Shown here one piece after another: positions 52,301-64,000 of a DNA stretch of 64,000 bases. The stretch lies in contig OZ024756.1 of NCBI GenBank assembly GCA_964016885.1, forward strand, positions 40,424,001-40,488,000. Reading direction: 5' to 3'. The translations under genes and the position numbers were made by a program. The stretch comes from Eledone cirrhosa (lineage: Eukaryota). The stretch's first letter is position 1. Every line of letters starts with the position of its first letter. A model generated the notes under the pieces. The model had not been told where the DNA came from. It was given only the letters and a program-made list of their open reading frames with translations, and did not search any database.

Positions 52301-55300
52301 ATGTGGACATGATATATATATATTTATATATATATACACACATACATACATTGTTGTTTTCTTTTGAGTAGTTCACACCACTTTCCTCTCTTTTCTTCTG
52401 TTGTAGTAACTTGACTGTGGTCAGTGGAGATTCTCATGGCAGAATTACATTCTGGGACGGCAAATATGGAACTGAATTAATGGTAAGTAGATCTTTATTG
52501 ATGACATTTACTTCATGTAGAGTAGGCACTCATGTATGTTTATTATATACACCTCTGTTGTGAATCACACTTTAGCAGTAGCTACTGCTAATTAATACTA
52601 ACCAATCAAGCTGCCACTTTATGTAAATAAACATCTGCTGCCAATGTTTTATTTACATAATAAGCAGTTGAGCATCCCCAGCTAATGTTTCATACACAAA
52701 ACTGTTATAATTCTTCACAAACTGTGTCTCTGTCATAATTCTGATATTCACTAAACCAGTTGGAACTGTATTATTTATTATTTCAATGTGTTTAGGAAAG
52801 GCAAGAATTTCAAAAGTTCTTTTAGTCCCCTCCTATTGATATATTTCTCCATTTCTTTATAGAATTTCTTCAGCCACAAGGCAGACATCCTAAGTTTAGC
52901 TGTCAGCAAGGTGAGTTGCTACTCTACTTTCTATGTTATTTATCAATCTTTTTGGGGTTTAGGTAAAATCAATTCTTCAGATTTCACTGGTAAACTTTAC
53001 ATATTCAACAGTTGTTCTTTCTCTTTATTATCACACTGGTGTTTGGAACATAACTTAATAAAGGTGTATGAGTCTTGACATACAGCATGTCTTTGACATC
53101 TTAAACCTGGTGGAACCAGATTTCTTCTATAGAAAGAGAGAGATATATAAAGGAAGAATCATCCCCAGTTGTTGACTGGTATTTTGGTTATCAACCTCAC
53201 AAGGATGAATGGCAAAGTTGACCTCGGAGTAATTTGAACTGAATGCAGAGAATCAGAACAAATGCTGAGGTATTTTTTAATCCTTTATCTTCACAATTCA
53301 GCCACTTCACTGCCTTAACTTAACAAAGGTTCTTATATTTCTAATGGAACATAGCACAACAAAAGTTCTGACCTGAAATTATGATGGAACGTTTTTAGAT
53401 AAATATAAACACTTTAACCCTTGATTAAAACAGTTTACAAGAAACCGGTTCCAGGCAGTTTGGTACCAGTAGAATTAATTATTATTATTATTATTGTAGG
53501 GCGGTGGAGTGGCAGTATCGGTAGAGGGTCGGACACCATGCTTTACAGCATAGTTACGCCCCTTTACGTTCTGAGTTCAAATCCCGCCATGGTTAACTTT
53601 GCCTTTCATCCTTATGGGGTTGATAAAATAAAGTACCAGTAATGTACTGGGATAATTACTGGCCTTGTGCCAAAAGTAGAAACAATTATTATTGTTGTTC
53701 GGCCCTTGTGGCCAATAAATGAAACAATTATTATTATTGTTGTATTCTGTCAACAGGATGAGAAGACAGTTGTTTGCAGTGGCGTTGACCCCAAAATTAC
53801 TTGGTTTGAGTTCATGTCACCAGACCCAGATAGTTTACCCAGCAAGAAATTCAAGGTCAAGAATGGAACAGCAACAGTTCCTGCAAGTGAGCTGAATAAA
53901 TGGGTCATTTCTTTTGCCAAGAACTTCCAATCTCATGATATCATCTCCCTGGCATTTATTGATGATGACCTCATCAGTGGAAGTAAGTAATTGTAAATCA
54001 CCTTTACGGTCAGAAATTGGTGGACAGGGGCAGCTCCGACCACCATTTTCTCTCCCCTAACGGTCATTTTACTCAATTTTTTCAGCTATTGTCTGTATTG
54101 GTCAACTGTTATTTCAAACATTCCCAGCACTTTGATGATTCATGTGATATATATGTTCATGTGATATATATGTTAGGGTATGTTTGTATATCTGCGTCTG
54201 TATGGATTTCTCTTGTAAATTTTGTGGACCAACTTCTGTGAATGTGGCATCTCTGAGCTCAACTTTGCCTGTACTGAAGTTGACCTCTTAAATATAGCCT
54301 AGAGACACCATCTGTATGAAAAGCAATAGTTAAGTTGGTGCTGACATATCAGATGATATTCATAGATTATAAAGATATATAGTGATATTCATGTATATAT
54401 ATATATATATATATCAATCCTCTATTAATACATGAAATACTGACATAAAATATTTATTTTGGTTTCCAGGTGCTGATTCTTACATTACCATTATTTCACC
54501 TCAAAGGAAAGGTTTCAAAATCAGTGGAGTTCCTCATGTAAACCAACTTTTCACAGTTACCTTTCATGTTTTATTCTCTCGTTAGAATATTTCTAATTAA
54601 TTATAATTTATTTCAATGAATTAATGAAGAATTTGAAGTGATTTACTAAAATTATATTGGAAGATTATAATTTAAATAGGAACCCCTTAAGTGGATAATT
54701 TTATTTGATAGAACCAGAGCTGGGTTTATAGTAAAAGGGTTGGACTTGATTGATTTCTGATATTTCGGGGTCATTTTAAAGAGTTGGGATATTAACATTT
54801 TTTAAAAAACTCACTTAAATGAGGGTTTGTTTTCTTTTGTAGAAGAAGTTGGTTCACTCAGCTAAAGATGTCAATGTTTTATTGTTGCAATACCCAACAT
54901 ATCTTGAAATTTGGGAATTGGGACAAGCCTCAAAGAAAGCAAGTAAGTGCTAGGCATCTTGTTAACACTTAACATCCTAAATCACATGAAACAACATTAG
55001 CAAGACATTCTTGTAAAGTATAAAACAACATTATAACTACATCACATTAACAATTAAAACCTTTACTCCAATACTGCAAATTTTCACAGGAATCTGTCCA
55101 TTAATAAGGATACCATAAACATCTGAATTAACAAACCTATGTTTTGATATTTACTGCTAAATCATTACAGGAAGTTAAGAATTAACACATATCTACTATT
55201 CAATCTTAATTAAATCTCTTAAAGTTCTGTACACATGAAACTGCTTTAGTAAGACTCCGCGAAAACTGCATCATCATTGTTTCGTGTCCATTTACCTGGC

Positions 55301-58300
55301 TAGCAAGAGTTGAACATCACCACAGGCCAGTCAGTACTCAAGAGAAGCCATTGATCACTAGGGAAGGTCTGGGGCCTAACATACAATCCGGTGCTCTACC
55401 GAGTTATAGTTTTGTGTTTTTTTTGTTTTTTCCCCATGCTGTGTTTGTATTTACTAGACATTGGTTATATTTCCAGGAGGAGTTGATCAAGAAATCTTGT
55501 CATTAGAGAGACAACCTATGAAGCAAGTACAACTAATAAGTAAAAGTGACAAACCAATTGTGTGTTGCTCAATATCCTGCGACGCCAAAAGGATGGCATA
55601 TTCTACAGTGATGGAGACACGGGTTTATTGCTTAAATCTGGTCAGTCATTTTCTTTCTTCTCCATTTCATGTTCTTATTACTTGTAACCCTTCCATCACC
55701 ATCATCACTGTTTAATGTCTACTTTCCATGCTTGCATGGATTTAGGTTAGACATGCTCTCTTCTGAGTCTGGACAGGTCAAGTAACCACATCCTGCTCAT
55801 ATGATTTGTTTCTATGGTTGAATGTCCTGACTCTGACACTACCACATTAGACTGGTAGACTGGGTGTTTTATGTCATGGCACCAGCACTACCACATTACA
55901 GAGTGCACTAGGTGTTTTATGTCATGGTCCCAGCACTATCAGTTTACAGGGTGGACTAGCAAACGTTTTTGTGTTCCAGCATGACTGATATAAGAAATGC
56001 ATTGTGTATATGTGTGTGTGAGTATTATGGTTGATAAAGCCCTGAATCTCATGTAAACTTCTCTCACCTCAGGTTACTGGCTTAGATCAGTTGTCTTCTA
56101 AATGTCCAACACTGGAGAACATTAAGAAAGTCAGCAAGCTCTTACTACCGGCACATAAAATGGTTTTTACTCACGACTCTTCTAAATTTATTTTGGCCAC
56201 AAATGCTGGGACATTACAAATACTTAGTTTTGACAATAATGAAATAACATGTATCAATCCACTAAAAGGTAAGTTGTTTTTATTGCCCTTTTTTTCTGAC
56301 CCCTTAGTCATTGTTGAATTAGGGTGGTCTTTCAACTGCATTGCTGTAGCCTTCTAGGGCATCATCATCATCAACATCACGTTTATTTTCCCTGCTGGTA
56401 TGAGTTGGCTGGTTTGTCACAATGTGGGACAACGTATCATCAGAGAACCACATATGTTCCATGTTTCAGCCTGGTTTCTAAAGCTGGGTCATCATCATCA
56501 TCATCATCATCACCGTTTTACGCCTGTTCTTCGACGCTAGCATGGGTTAGATGGGGTGCCTTTCTTAATGCCAACCATATTACAGAATGTACTGGGTGCA
56601 TTTCTTTGTGGCACTAATACTACTCTCTGTTTATATGTTTATATATATATATATATACACACACATACACACACACACACACATACACATGTATGTATGC
56701 TTGCACTCTTTTAGTAATTGTGTAGTTATTGAGTTTTTCTCTGTTCTTTTTATTATCATTCCATTATAAATGTGCCTCAGGAGCTGCAGATGTCATACAC
56801 CTGCTTGAAGTGAGCAGTGACAGTCACTATGTTGCAACAGGGAACATCAGAAACAAAGTGGATATCTTTGACACAGTCTCTGGTGAGGTAAGAATGACTT
56901 TAGTTTATTGCTAAACATTAAATATTGGATTTTATCTAAACATTGTCTGTCTGTTGTTATTAGATATATTTGTGAGTGTTTGAAAAGTTAGGCTCTAATA
57001 GAGACAAAAGAAGATAGAAAAAGCAAAAGCTGAATGAAGCAGGTGTAATTTATCATAATTTGTAGAGAGAAGCTGTTCTACCTGACTACAAAACAGATTG
57101 ATCTACTTCATATTGACTTCGACAATAAATAAAAATATAACAAAGAAGGGATAGGTGAAGGAAAATGGAGGAAGGGAGATGGATAGATATATATAGAGAG
57201 AGAGAGGGTGAAGGAAGAGAGATAGAGAGAGGGAGTGAAGGAAGAGAGATAGAGAGAGGGAGTGAAGGAAGATATATATATAGAGAGAGAGAGAGTAAAG
57301 GCAGAGATATATATACATAGAGAGAGGGGGGGGGTGAAATTACTGATTAAAGTAGTGAAATCATCATCATTATTATTGTTTAATGTCTATTTTAACTTTC
57401 TTGCATGGCTTAGACAAATATATAAACTAATAAATATACTAATAAATATATCTTTGTAGCATATAACAACAATACCAAGTAGGAAATCAATTCCGACTGC
57501 CATGGCATTTCATCCAACATTACCCACATTGTTCCTTGTCTATAATAACATGCAAGTAAGTTTTAAATTCCATTGTTCCTTGTCTATAGTAACTCTTTCA
57601 GTACCATATTTCTAATGGTTTTCCTCCACTGGGTTATCTTGTCACTTTATCCAAATGATCATCATCCATATACATCACATGTCCATACCAGCACAGTCTT
57701 CTCTCTTGCACCCTACATCTGATTCCTCTTATACCCAGTACATCACATGTCCATACCAGCACAGTCTTCTCTCTTGCACCCTACATCTGATTCCTGTTAT
57801 ACCCAGTACATCACATGTCCATACCAGCACAGTCTTCTCTGTTGCATCCTACATCTGATTCCTCTTATACCCAGTACATCACATGTCCATACTAGCACAG
57901 TCTTCTCTCTTGCACCCTACATCTGATTCCTCTTATACCCAGTACATCACATGTTCATACCAGCACAGTCTTCTCTCTTGCACCCTACATCTGATTCCTC
58001 TTATACCCAGTACATCACATGTTCATACTAGCACAGTCTTCTCTCTTGCACCCTACATCTGATTCCTGTTATACCCAGTACATCACATGTCCATACCAGC
58101 ACAGTCTTCTCTCTTGCACCCTACATCTGATTCCTGTTATACCCAGTACATCACATGTCCATACCAGCACAGTCTTCTCTCTTGCACCCTACATCTGATT
58201 CCTGTTATACCCAGTACATCACATGTTCATACCAGCACAGTCTTCTCTCTTGCACCCTACATCTGATTCCTGTTATACCCAGTACATCACATGTCCATAC

Positions 58301-61300
58301 CAGCACAGTCTTCTCTCTTGCACCCTACATCTGATTCCTCTTATACCCAGTACATCACATGTTCATACCAGCACAGTCTTCTCTCTTGCACCCTACATCT
58401 GATTCCTCTTATACCCAGTACATCACATGTCCATACCAGCACAGTCTTCTCTCTTGCACCCTACATCTGATTCCTGTTATACCCAGTACATCACATGTCC
58501 ATACCAGCACAGTCTTCTCTGTTGCATCCTACATCTGATTCCTCTTATACCCAGTACATCACATGTCCATACTAGCACAGTCTTCTCTCTTGCACCCTAC
58601 ATCTGATTCCTCTTATACCCAGTACATCACATGTTCATACCAGCACAGTCTTCTCTCTTGCACCCTACATCTGATTCCTCTTATACCCAGTACATCACAT
58701 GTTCATACTAGCACAGTCTTCTCTCTTGCACCCTACATCTGATTCCTGTTATACCCAGTACATCACATGTCCATACCAGCACAGTCTTCTCTCTTGCACC
58801 CTACATCTGATTCCTGTTATACCCAGTACATCACATGTCCATACCAGCACAGTCTTCTCTCTTGCACCCTACATCTGATCCTCTTATACCCAGTTTTTCC
58901 TCAGCTCAACTTAATAAGTAGTTCTTTAAGACAAAGTAAAATACTTTTACATTCTTAATTCCACCATTCTTCCACTTTCAAAATTTTTATCTTAAAAAAT
59001 TGTTTGTTTTTTTCCAGTTTCAGGAATTTAGTGTCACAGAAAATGATTTCACTCGGTGGTCAAAACAAGTGAAGAGAAACTTCCACCCTCAGTGGCTTTC
59101 CCGACGAAGGAAAATATCCAGTGTTAGCTATAATCCAGTTGATCCTAAACAGATACTTCTTCAAGATGAAGAGATGATTTGTCTTCTTGTTAAAAACCAA
59201 GTATGTCCCCTATTTAACTCTTAATACCCTGTAATGTAATAATTTAACATCAGTAGTGAATTGGTAGAGTCATTAGAATGTCAGATAGAACTTTGCCTTT
59301 CATCCTTTCGAGGTCAGTGTAGTAATTAATGATTTTACTGCTGCACCAGTCATTGGGGATAACCCTTAATGATTCTACTGCTGCACCAGTCATTGGATAT
59401 GACCCTGTTCTGTATTTTTTTATTCATGTGCAGGTGACTAGTGCAATTCCTACTTCCCCAGATGCTTTCAGCATCTCTGAGAGTACCTCAGACGGACCTC
59501 ACGCTTTATCCTTGTTCACCTCCTTAGTTGCTTCTTTGACCCTATAACTGTCAACTTCAATAGCTGGTCCTTCTGTTCAATATGTTGGCAGTTCTCTCTC
59601 TCCTCTTTCCATTCATTCTCTACATTCTTCAGCCTCTCTCATAGTAGCATTTCCAGGCCTCTTTCCTTTGAGTATCTGTGATTCTAAGTGCACCAGTATT
59701 ATTTTGAACACACTCTTCTCCAACATCCTGATTTACATGAACATACTGCCTTGCAATATGAAACACCTCATGCCTCTGATCTTCATGTTGCTAGCCATTG
59801 GCAAACCTCCTTCTTTCAACCCCTTTTCATGCTATATATACCTGTTGCCTAGCCCCTCTTTTAAGTCATATATATATATACATGGTGTTCCAAAAAATGT
59901 ATACACACTTCAACAGCATTCTAATAAATATTGCCTGTACAGGCAACCAAAGTGTGTATACAATTTTTGTGAACAACCTATATATATATAATAATAGGTT
60001 ACAGTATCGTAAAAGAGGATAGAAAGAAGAGGTATGGTGCGATACAGAGTATTACATGCCAAAAGTGGGTAAGTGCTCGATGCTTGGGTTATCAGGGTTA
60101 AATATTAGAGAAAGTTAATATTTAGTGTAAAGGTTAAGCAGAGCGGTGATAAGCATAATAATGAAAGAGTTACAAGCCGTTAAAACTGTAACTCTTTCAT
60201 TAATTATGTTGCTTATATATATATATATATAACAAAGGAATTGTGGTAAGGAACCAGATGGACCATAACGCACCAGAGTACTCAATACTTAGGGTAGTAA
60301 AGTGGGAAATAGGAAAAAGTATGTCCCCGACGGCAGAGCTCAAGCCATTTCGACGGCTATTTCTGGACTGAAATAGCCGTCGAAACGGCTTGAGCTCTGC
60401 CGTCGGGGTCATACTTTTTCCTATGTATATACTCCCTCAAAATGTGTATTCTTGTGCCAATGTTAGAAATCATGAAATGTTTCTTTCTCTTCAGCCATTC
60501 CCAGAGCCAACAGTTCAATATAAAATATTTGGTCATCCGGGACCCCATGATGCTCATGCCTTTCATATCGTCAACAAATTCAAGGTAATTATTTTATTGC
60601 AATTTTCTTTTAGGGCTTAGTCAAATGGACAACAGCAGCCCCTATGATTTGGTCAACCTGTTGAAACTATTTTCATTGTAAAAATAAAATAAAATAAAAT
60701 CTCAACACACACACACACACATATTTTTATATATGTATATATATATGTCATCATCATTATCATTTAACGTCTATCTTCCATGCTAGCATATATATAATAT
60801 ACCTTCTCAGCATATATATATATATATAATATACCTTCTCAGCATATATATATATATATATATAATATACCTTCTCAGCATATATATATATATATATATA
60901 TAATATACCTTCTCAGCATATATAATATATATATAATATACCTTCTCAACATATATATATATATATATAATATACCTTCTCAGCATATATATATATATAT
61001 ATAATATACCTTCTCAGCATATATAATATATATATAATATACCTTCTCAGCATATATATATATATAATATACCTTCTCAACATATATATATATATATAAT
61101 ATACCTTCTCAACATATATAATATATATAATATACCTTCTCAGCATATATATATATAAAATATACCTTCTCAACATATATATATATAAAATATATACCTT
61201 CTCAGCATATATATATATATATATATAAAATATATACCTTCTCAACATATATAATATATATAAAATATACCTTCTCAACATATATATATATAATATACCT

Positions 61301-61835
61301 TCTCAGCATATATATATATATATATAATATACCTTCTCAACATATATATATATATATAATATACCTTCTCAACATATATAATATATATAAAATATATACC
61401 TTCTCAACATATATAATATATATAAAATATATACCTTCTCAACATATATATAAAATATATACCTTCTCAACATATATATATATATAAAATATATACCTTC
61501 TCAACATATATATATATAAAATATATACCTTCTCAACATATATAATATATATAAAATATATACCTTCTCAACATATATATATATATAAAATATATACCTT
61601 CTCAACATATATATATATATATAAAATATATACCTTCTCAACATATATATATATATAAAATATATACCTTCTCAACATATATATATATAAAATATATACC
61701 TTCTCAACATATATATATATATATAAAATATATACCTTCTCAACATATATATATATAAAATATATACCTTCTCAACATATATAATATATATAAAATATAT
61801 ACCTTCTCAACATATATATAAAATATATACCTTCT

Positions 61836-61872
<37 letters not shown>

Positions 61873-62041
61873 ATATATACTCAACGTTCTCTATAAATAG
61901 ATTTGTTTTCTTTTGTTTCAGTTTATCCTGGGCAGCAGTTTTCTAAGTAATGGACAAATGGTTATTGTAGAAAAAACACCAAGGGAATTTAAAGAGGATT
62001 TACTTCCTGTTCTCAGAGTAAAAAAGTTTGGAATGGGATAA
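49400..62041 (+). CDS. UTP4: U3 snoRNA-associated protein 4 / cirhin (WD40 t-UTP subunit), 687 aa
   Basis: Coding exons 49400-49503, 50156-50201, 50351-50470, 51197-51265, 51572-51656, 51922-52087, 52407-52482, 52863-52910, 53757-53982, 54470-54537, 54843-54942, 55477-55640, 56073-56268, 56781-56887, 57460-57555, 59018-59200, 60495-60584, 61922-62041. All GT-AG, phases match, total 2064 nt. N-terminus MGDFKVHQVRFY...LAVSRTDGSIEI, WD repeats (RLFSAG, VSGDSHGRITFWD, HKADILSLAV) and C-terminal ...LPVLRVKKFG match UTP4. Confidence 0.95.
49805..50011. mobile_element. piggyBac-type MITE, unit length, in a UTP4 intron
   Basis: TTAACCCTTTAG...CTAAAGGGTTAA, 207 bp, opposite orientation to 46413. Confidence 0.8.
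50595..51035 (+). mobile_element. CR1-type LINE 3' fragment in a UTP4 intron
   Basis: Encodes ...HFFRLRVAEAWNKLPVSVV (CR1 ORF2 C-terminal signature). The 3' tail catgcacctt..gagttgta.tgcacctgagcactg also occurs at ~2480-2695, 24880-24945 and 35390-35450(-). Confidence 0.75.
57580..58930 (-). mobile_element. RTE LINE fragment whose 68-bp segment is tandemly amplified ~18x
   Basis: Unit catcacatgtccataccagcacagtcttctctcttgcaccctacatctgattcctcttatacccagta reads GIRGIRCRVQERRLCWYGHVM on minus (RTE 'RRLRWYGHV' motif). Confidence 0.8.
59400..59800 (-). mobile_element. RTE LINE internal fragment
   Basis: Minus strand SEMLKASGEVGIALVT, resembling the region just upstream of the RT domain. Confidence 0.55.
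60231..60424. mobile_element. Short (TA)n-embedded element with fold-back palindrome and hammerhead 3' half (related copies 17170-17284, 43868-43928)
   Basis: 55-bp arms 60309-60363/60370-60424; GAAA-CGGC-N9-GCCG-TC-GGGGTC; shared body gtattgagtactctggtgc..ggttccttaccacaattc. Confidence 0.7.
60790..61855. repeat. TA-rich satellite in the last UTP4 intron
   Basis: taccttctca(g/a)cat cores with variable (TA)n spacers. Confidence 0.9.
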
Positions 62042-62055
62042 AACCTGTAGCCTAC

Positions 62056-62061
62056 AATAAA
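62056..62061 (+). terminator. Polyadenylation signal of UTP4
   Basis: AATAAA 14 nt after the TAA stop, followed by T/GT-rich sequence. Confidence 0.7.
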
Positions 62062-63219
62062 TTCATTCATATTTTCTCAAATATTTTATTGTTTTTATTT
62101 TCTCTACACTGTCAGGTCTTGAATAATCGTCCCCACCCACACCCATCACTTATTAGTTTTTCAGATTTTTTTCCAACTTATTACATTTTGCTTCTATGTC
62201 CGGTGAAATTTTATTGTAAGTGATTCATATCGATACAGCAGCTGGAGATTTTAAGAATTTTATTTTACATTAAAAAATATTATATATGACAAAAAAAGAA
62301 CATTACAAGAAATCCCATATTTATGAGCGTACACTATACAATTACTGCCCCCCCCCCCCCCCGCGCTTATACGAACTTAAACAAATGTCTACCCTCTCCT
62401 ATTATTTGTGACATGTGAGTATGTAGTTGTAGGTCACGATAGGGACATATGGTGTTTGTTGGACACTTTAAACAGATTGTTCTACTTCATATTGTTGGAC
62501 ATTTTAAACATGGCAGAACCCATATCTCCCTTGGTTGGAGTCCACTTCTAAGCGAGAAACTACAGAATAAGTATATAAATAAACCTCTGTATATTATGTT
62601 AGTTAACATGGAAATTGGATGACTGGCAGGGCCTCGTGTTCTGTGATCTGATGATCACTAAGAAAGTTGAGAGTGGATGAAGGGCTTTGATGGCTGTACA
62701 GAGTATATGGAGTACAGTGTAATTAAGGTGAGAGGTGGCAATAAATTTAGTATGTAGGTAAGTGGCCTTCAACCCCCTTCTCATATATATAGTCCTCTGA
62801 GCCATAACAGAGAGGGTTCGAATGCAGTGTTCACTATGGTGCTTGTTGTTGTTCATGTTGATGGTTGCTAGAGTATCAGGTCGACCTGATTGAATAGACC
62901 AATGATCAAAGACATTCCAGCCGTGACCATTCTATTCAAGACAACCCAATATGGGGTTGTTTGATGGTGATTTGACTGCTATTTTCAGTAAATCGAGAGG
63001 TCGTGTCTTGTCTCCTTTTAGGCCTGTTACGGTTGTTGGTGTTGCTGTTACTATTGTCGTTGTTGTTCTGTTGTATCACATATTAGCTGCTATTTCTAAG
63101 TTAAGTGAACACATAGGAGCTCCTTCGTTAGTCCCTAGTAGTAATAAGCACGTGTATCTCAGTGATTAAGCGTGTACAGTTCAGTGTGCGGTAGTGAAAG
63201 GAAGGGTGGGAAAATATTG

Positions 63220-63370
63220 AAGATCGATCTCTGATTGGTTGTATCGATCTCTCTTCTGATTGGTTGTATCGATTGCTGTTCTGAAGTTGTTTACATCACA
63301 AATGCACGTGCACGTACCGGAAGTGTGGGATGCTGGGTAGTGTGACGTCACCACATCCCATCATGGCGGA
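63220..63370 (+). promoter_or_regulatory. Housekeeping-type promoter of the next gene
   Basis: Two ATTGG (CCAAT) boxes in a direct repeat (63234, 63259), TATCGAT motifs, CACGTG E-box 63305, ETS CCGGAAGT 63317, CRE TGACGTCA 63343, and ATGGCGG (Kozak/YY1-like) at 63363; local CpG enrichment. Confidence 0.65.
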
Positions 63371-63452
63371 CACCTGCAGGAAGAAAAAAGTTTCGAAAAG
63401 TTTTTGTAAAAGTTTCCATCGATCAATTAATGGAATATTCTCCCTGTTTTAT
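63363..63452 (+). CDS. Possible first coding exon or uORF of an unidentified gene (MADTCRKKKVSKSF...)
   Basis: Good-context ATG just after the promoter cluster; possible donor TAT|GTATGA near 63452; no recognisable homology. Confidence 0.25.
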
Positions 63453-64000
63453 GTATGAAATATCCGTAATATCGCTATGTTTATCGTTAAGAAATACTCC
63501 ATTTAAAAAGGACTCCTCTACACAAAGACATTTCTATTATTGGGACATAACGACGATGAGCGGATAAAAATAAATTATTTACTTTTAAGAGAAAAAAAAA
63601 AGTCTCTGGAATTTCTTTGGGAAACTTTTTAATAAATTCAAATATTAAACGCGTATCGGAGGACTCAATACCTGCCTCGGTAATTTATATAACATTTGTT
63701 TATAGAACAATATAACAACAGATGTTATAGTTGTTTGTTATAGATAATATATAACTGTCAGTGAGAAGGGTGTTATCTCTTGACCAACAAACTGATGTAG
63801 TTTTAATATTTTGCTTTGTTAAATCGTGAAAAATTCTAAATTGAGTTGATAATTGGCGGAGTTTGAACTTAGAAAGACTTTGATCGTCTGTTTGTTTTGA
63901 TTATTATTACAGATGTAAATATTTCTAAAGTGTCTTTAATTAAATTTAGTTAATTATCGTCTGCAACAAGTCTACCACAGCACTGGTGTTGGTGTGTGAT

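Overview
AT-rich eukaryotic (metazoan) genomic DNA packed with microsatellites, minisatellites and SINEs. The repeat families look like those of an octopod cephalopod (inference, not proven). Genes: (1) a complete UTP4/cirhin gene on + (18 coding exons, 49400-62041, 687 aa, all GT-AG phases consistent); (2) a tandem pair of multi-pass membrane protein paralogs on - with a TspO-like 'xPANWTFxIW' motif, one complete (13315-8761, 299 aa) and one running off the left edge (<=315); (3) a motif-rich promoter and possible start of the next gene at ~63.2-63.45 kb. Mobile DNA: a decayed Ty3/Gypsy element head-to-head with UTP4, RTE and CR1 LINE fragments, three SINE families, and piggyBac-type and Tc1-type MITEs. 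Almost all long ORFs in the supplied track are translations of tandem repeats. The main unannotated signal is a set of short elements embedded in (TA)n microsatellites that carry type-I hammerhead-ribozyme cores of the Penelope/retrozyme kind. Two look intact (14118-14158, 24042-24107). Others are decayed, split by a satellite, or folded back into palindromes centred on the ribozyme. All structures were paired by eye; no folding or database searches were run.
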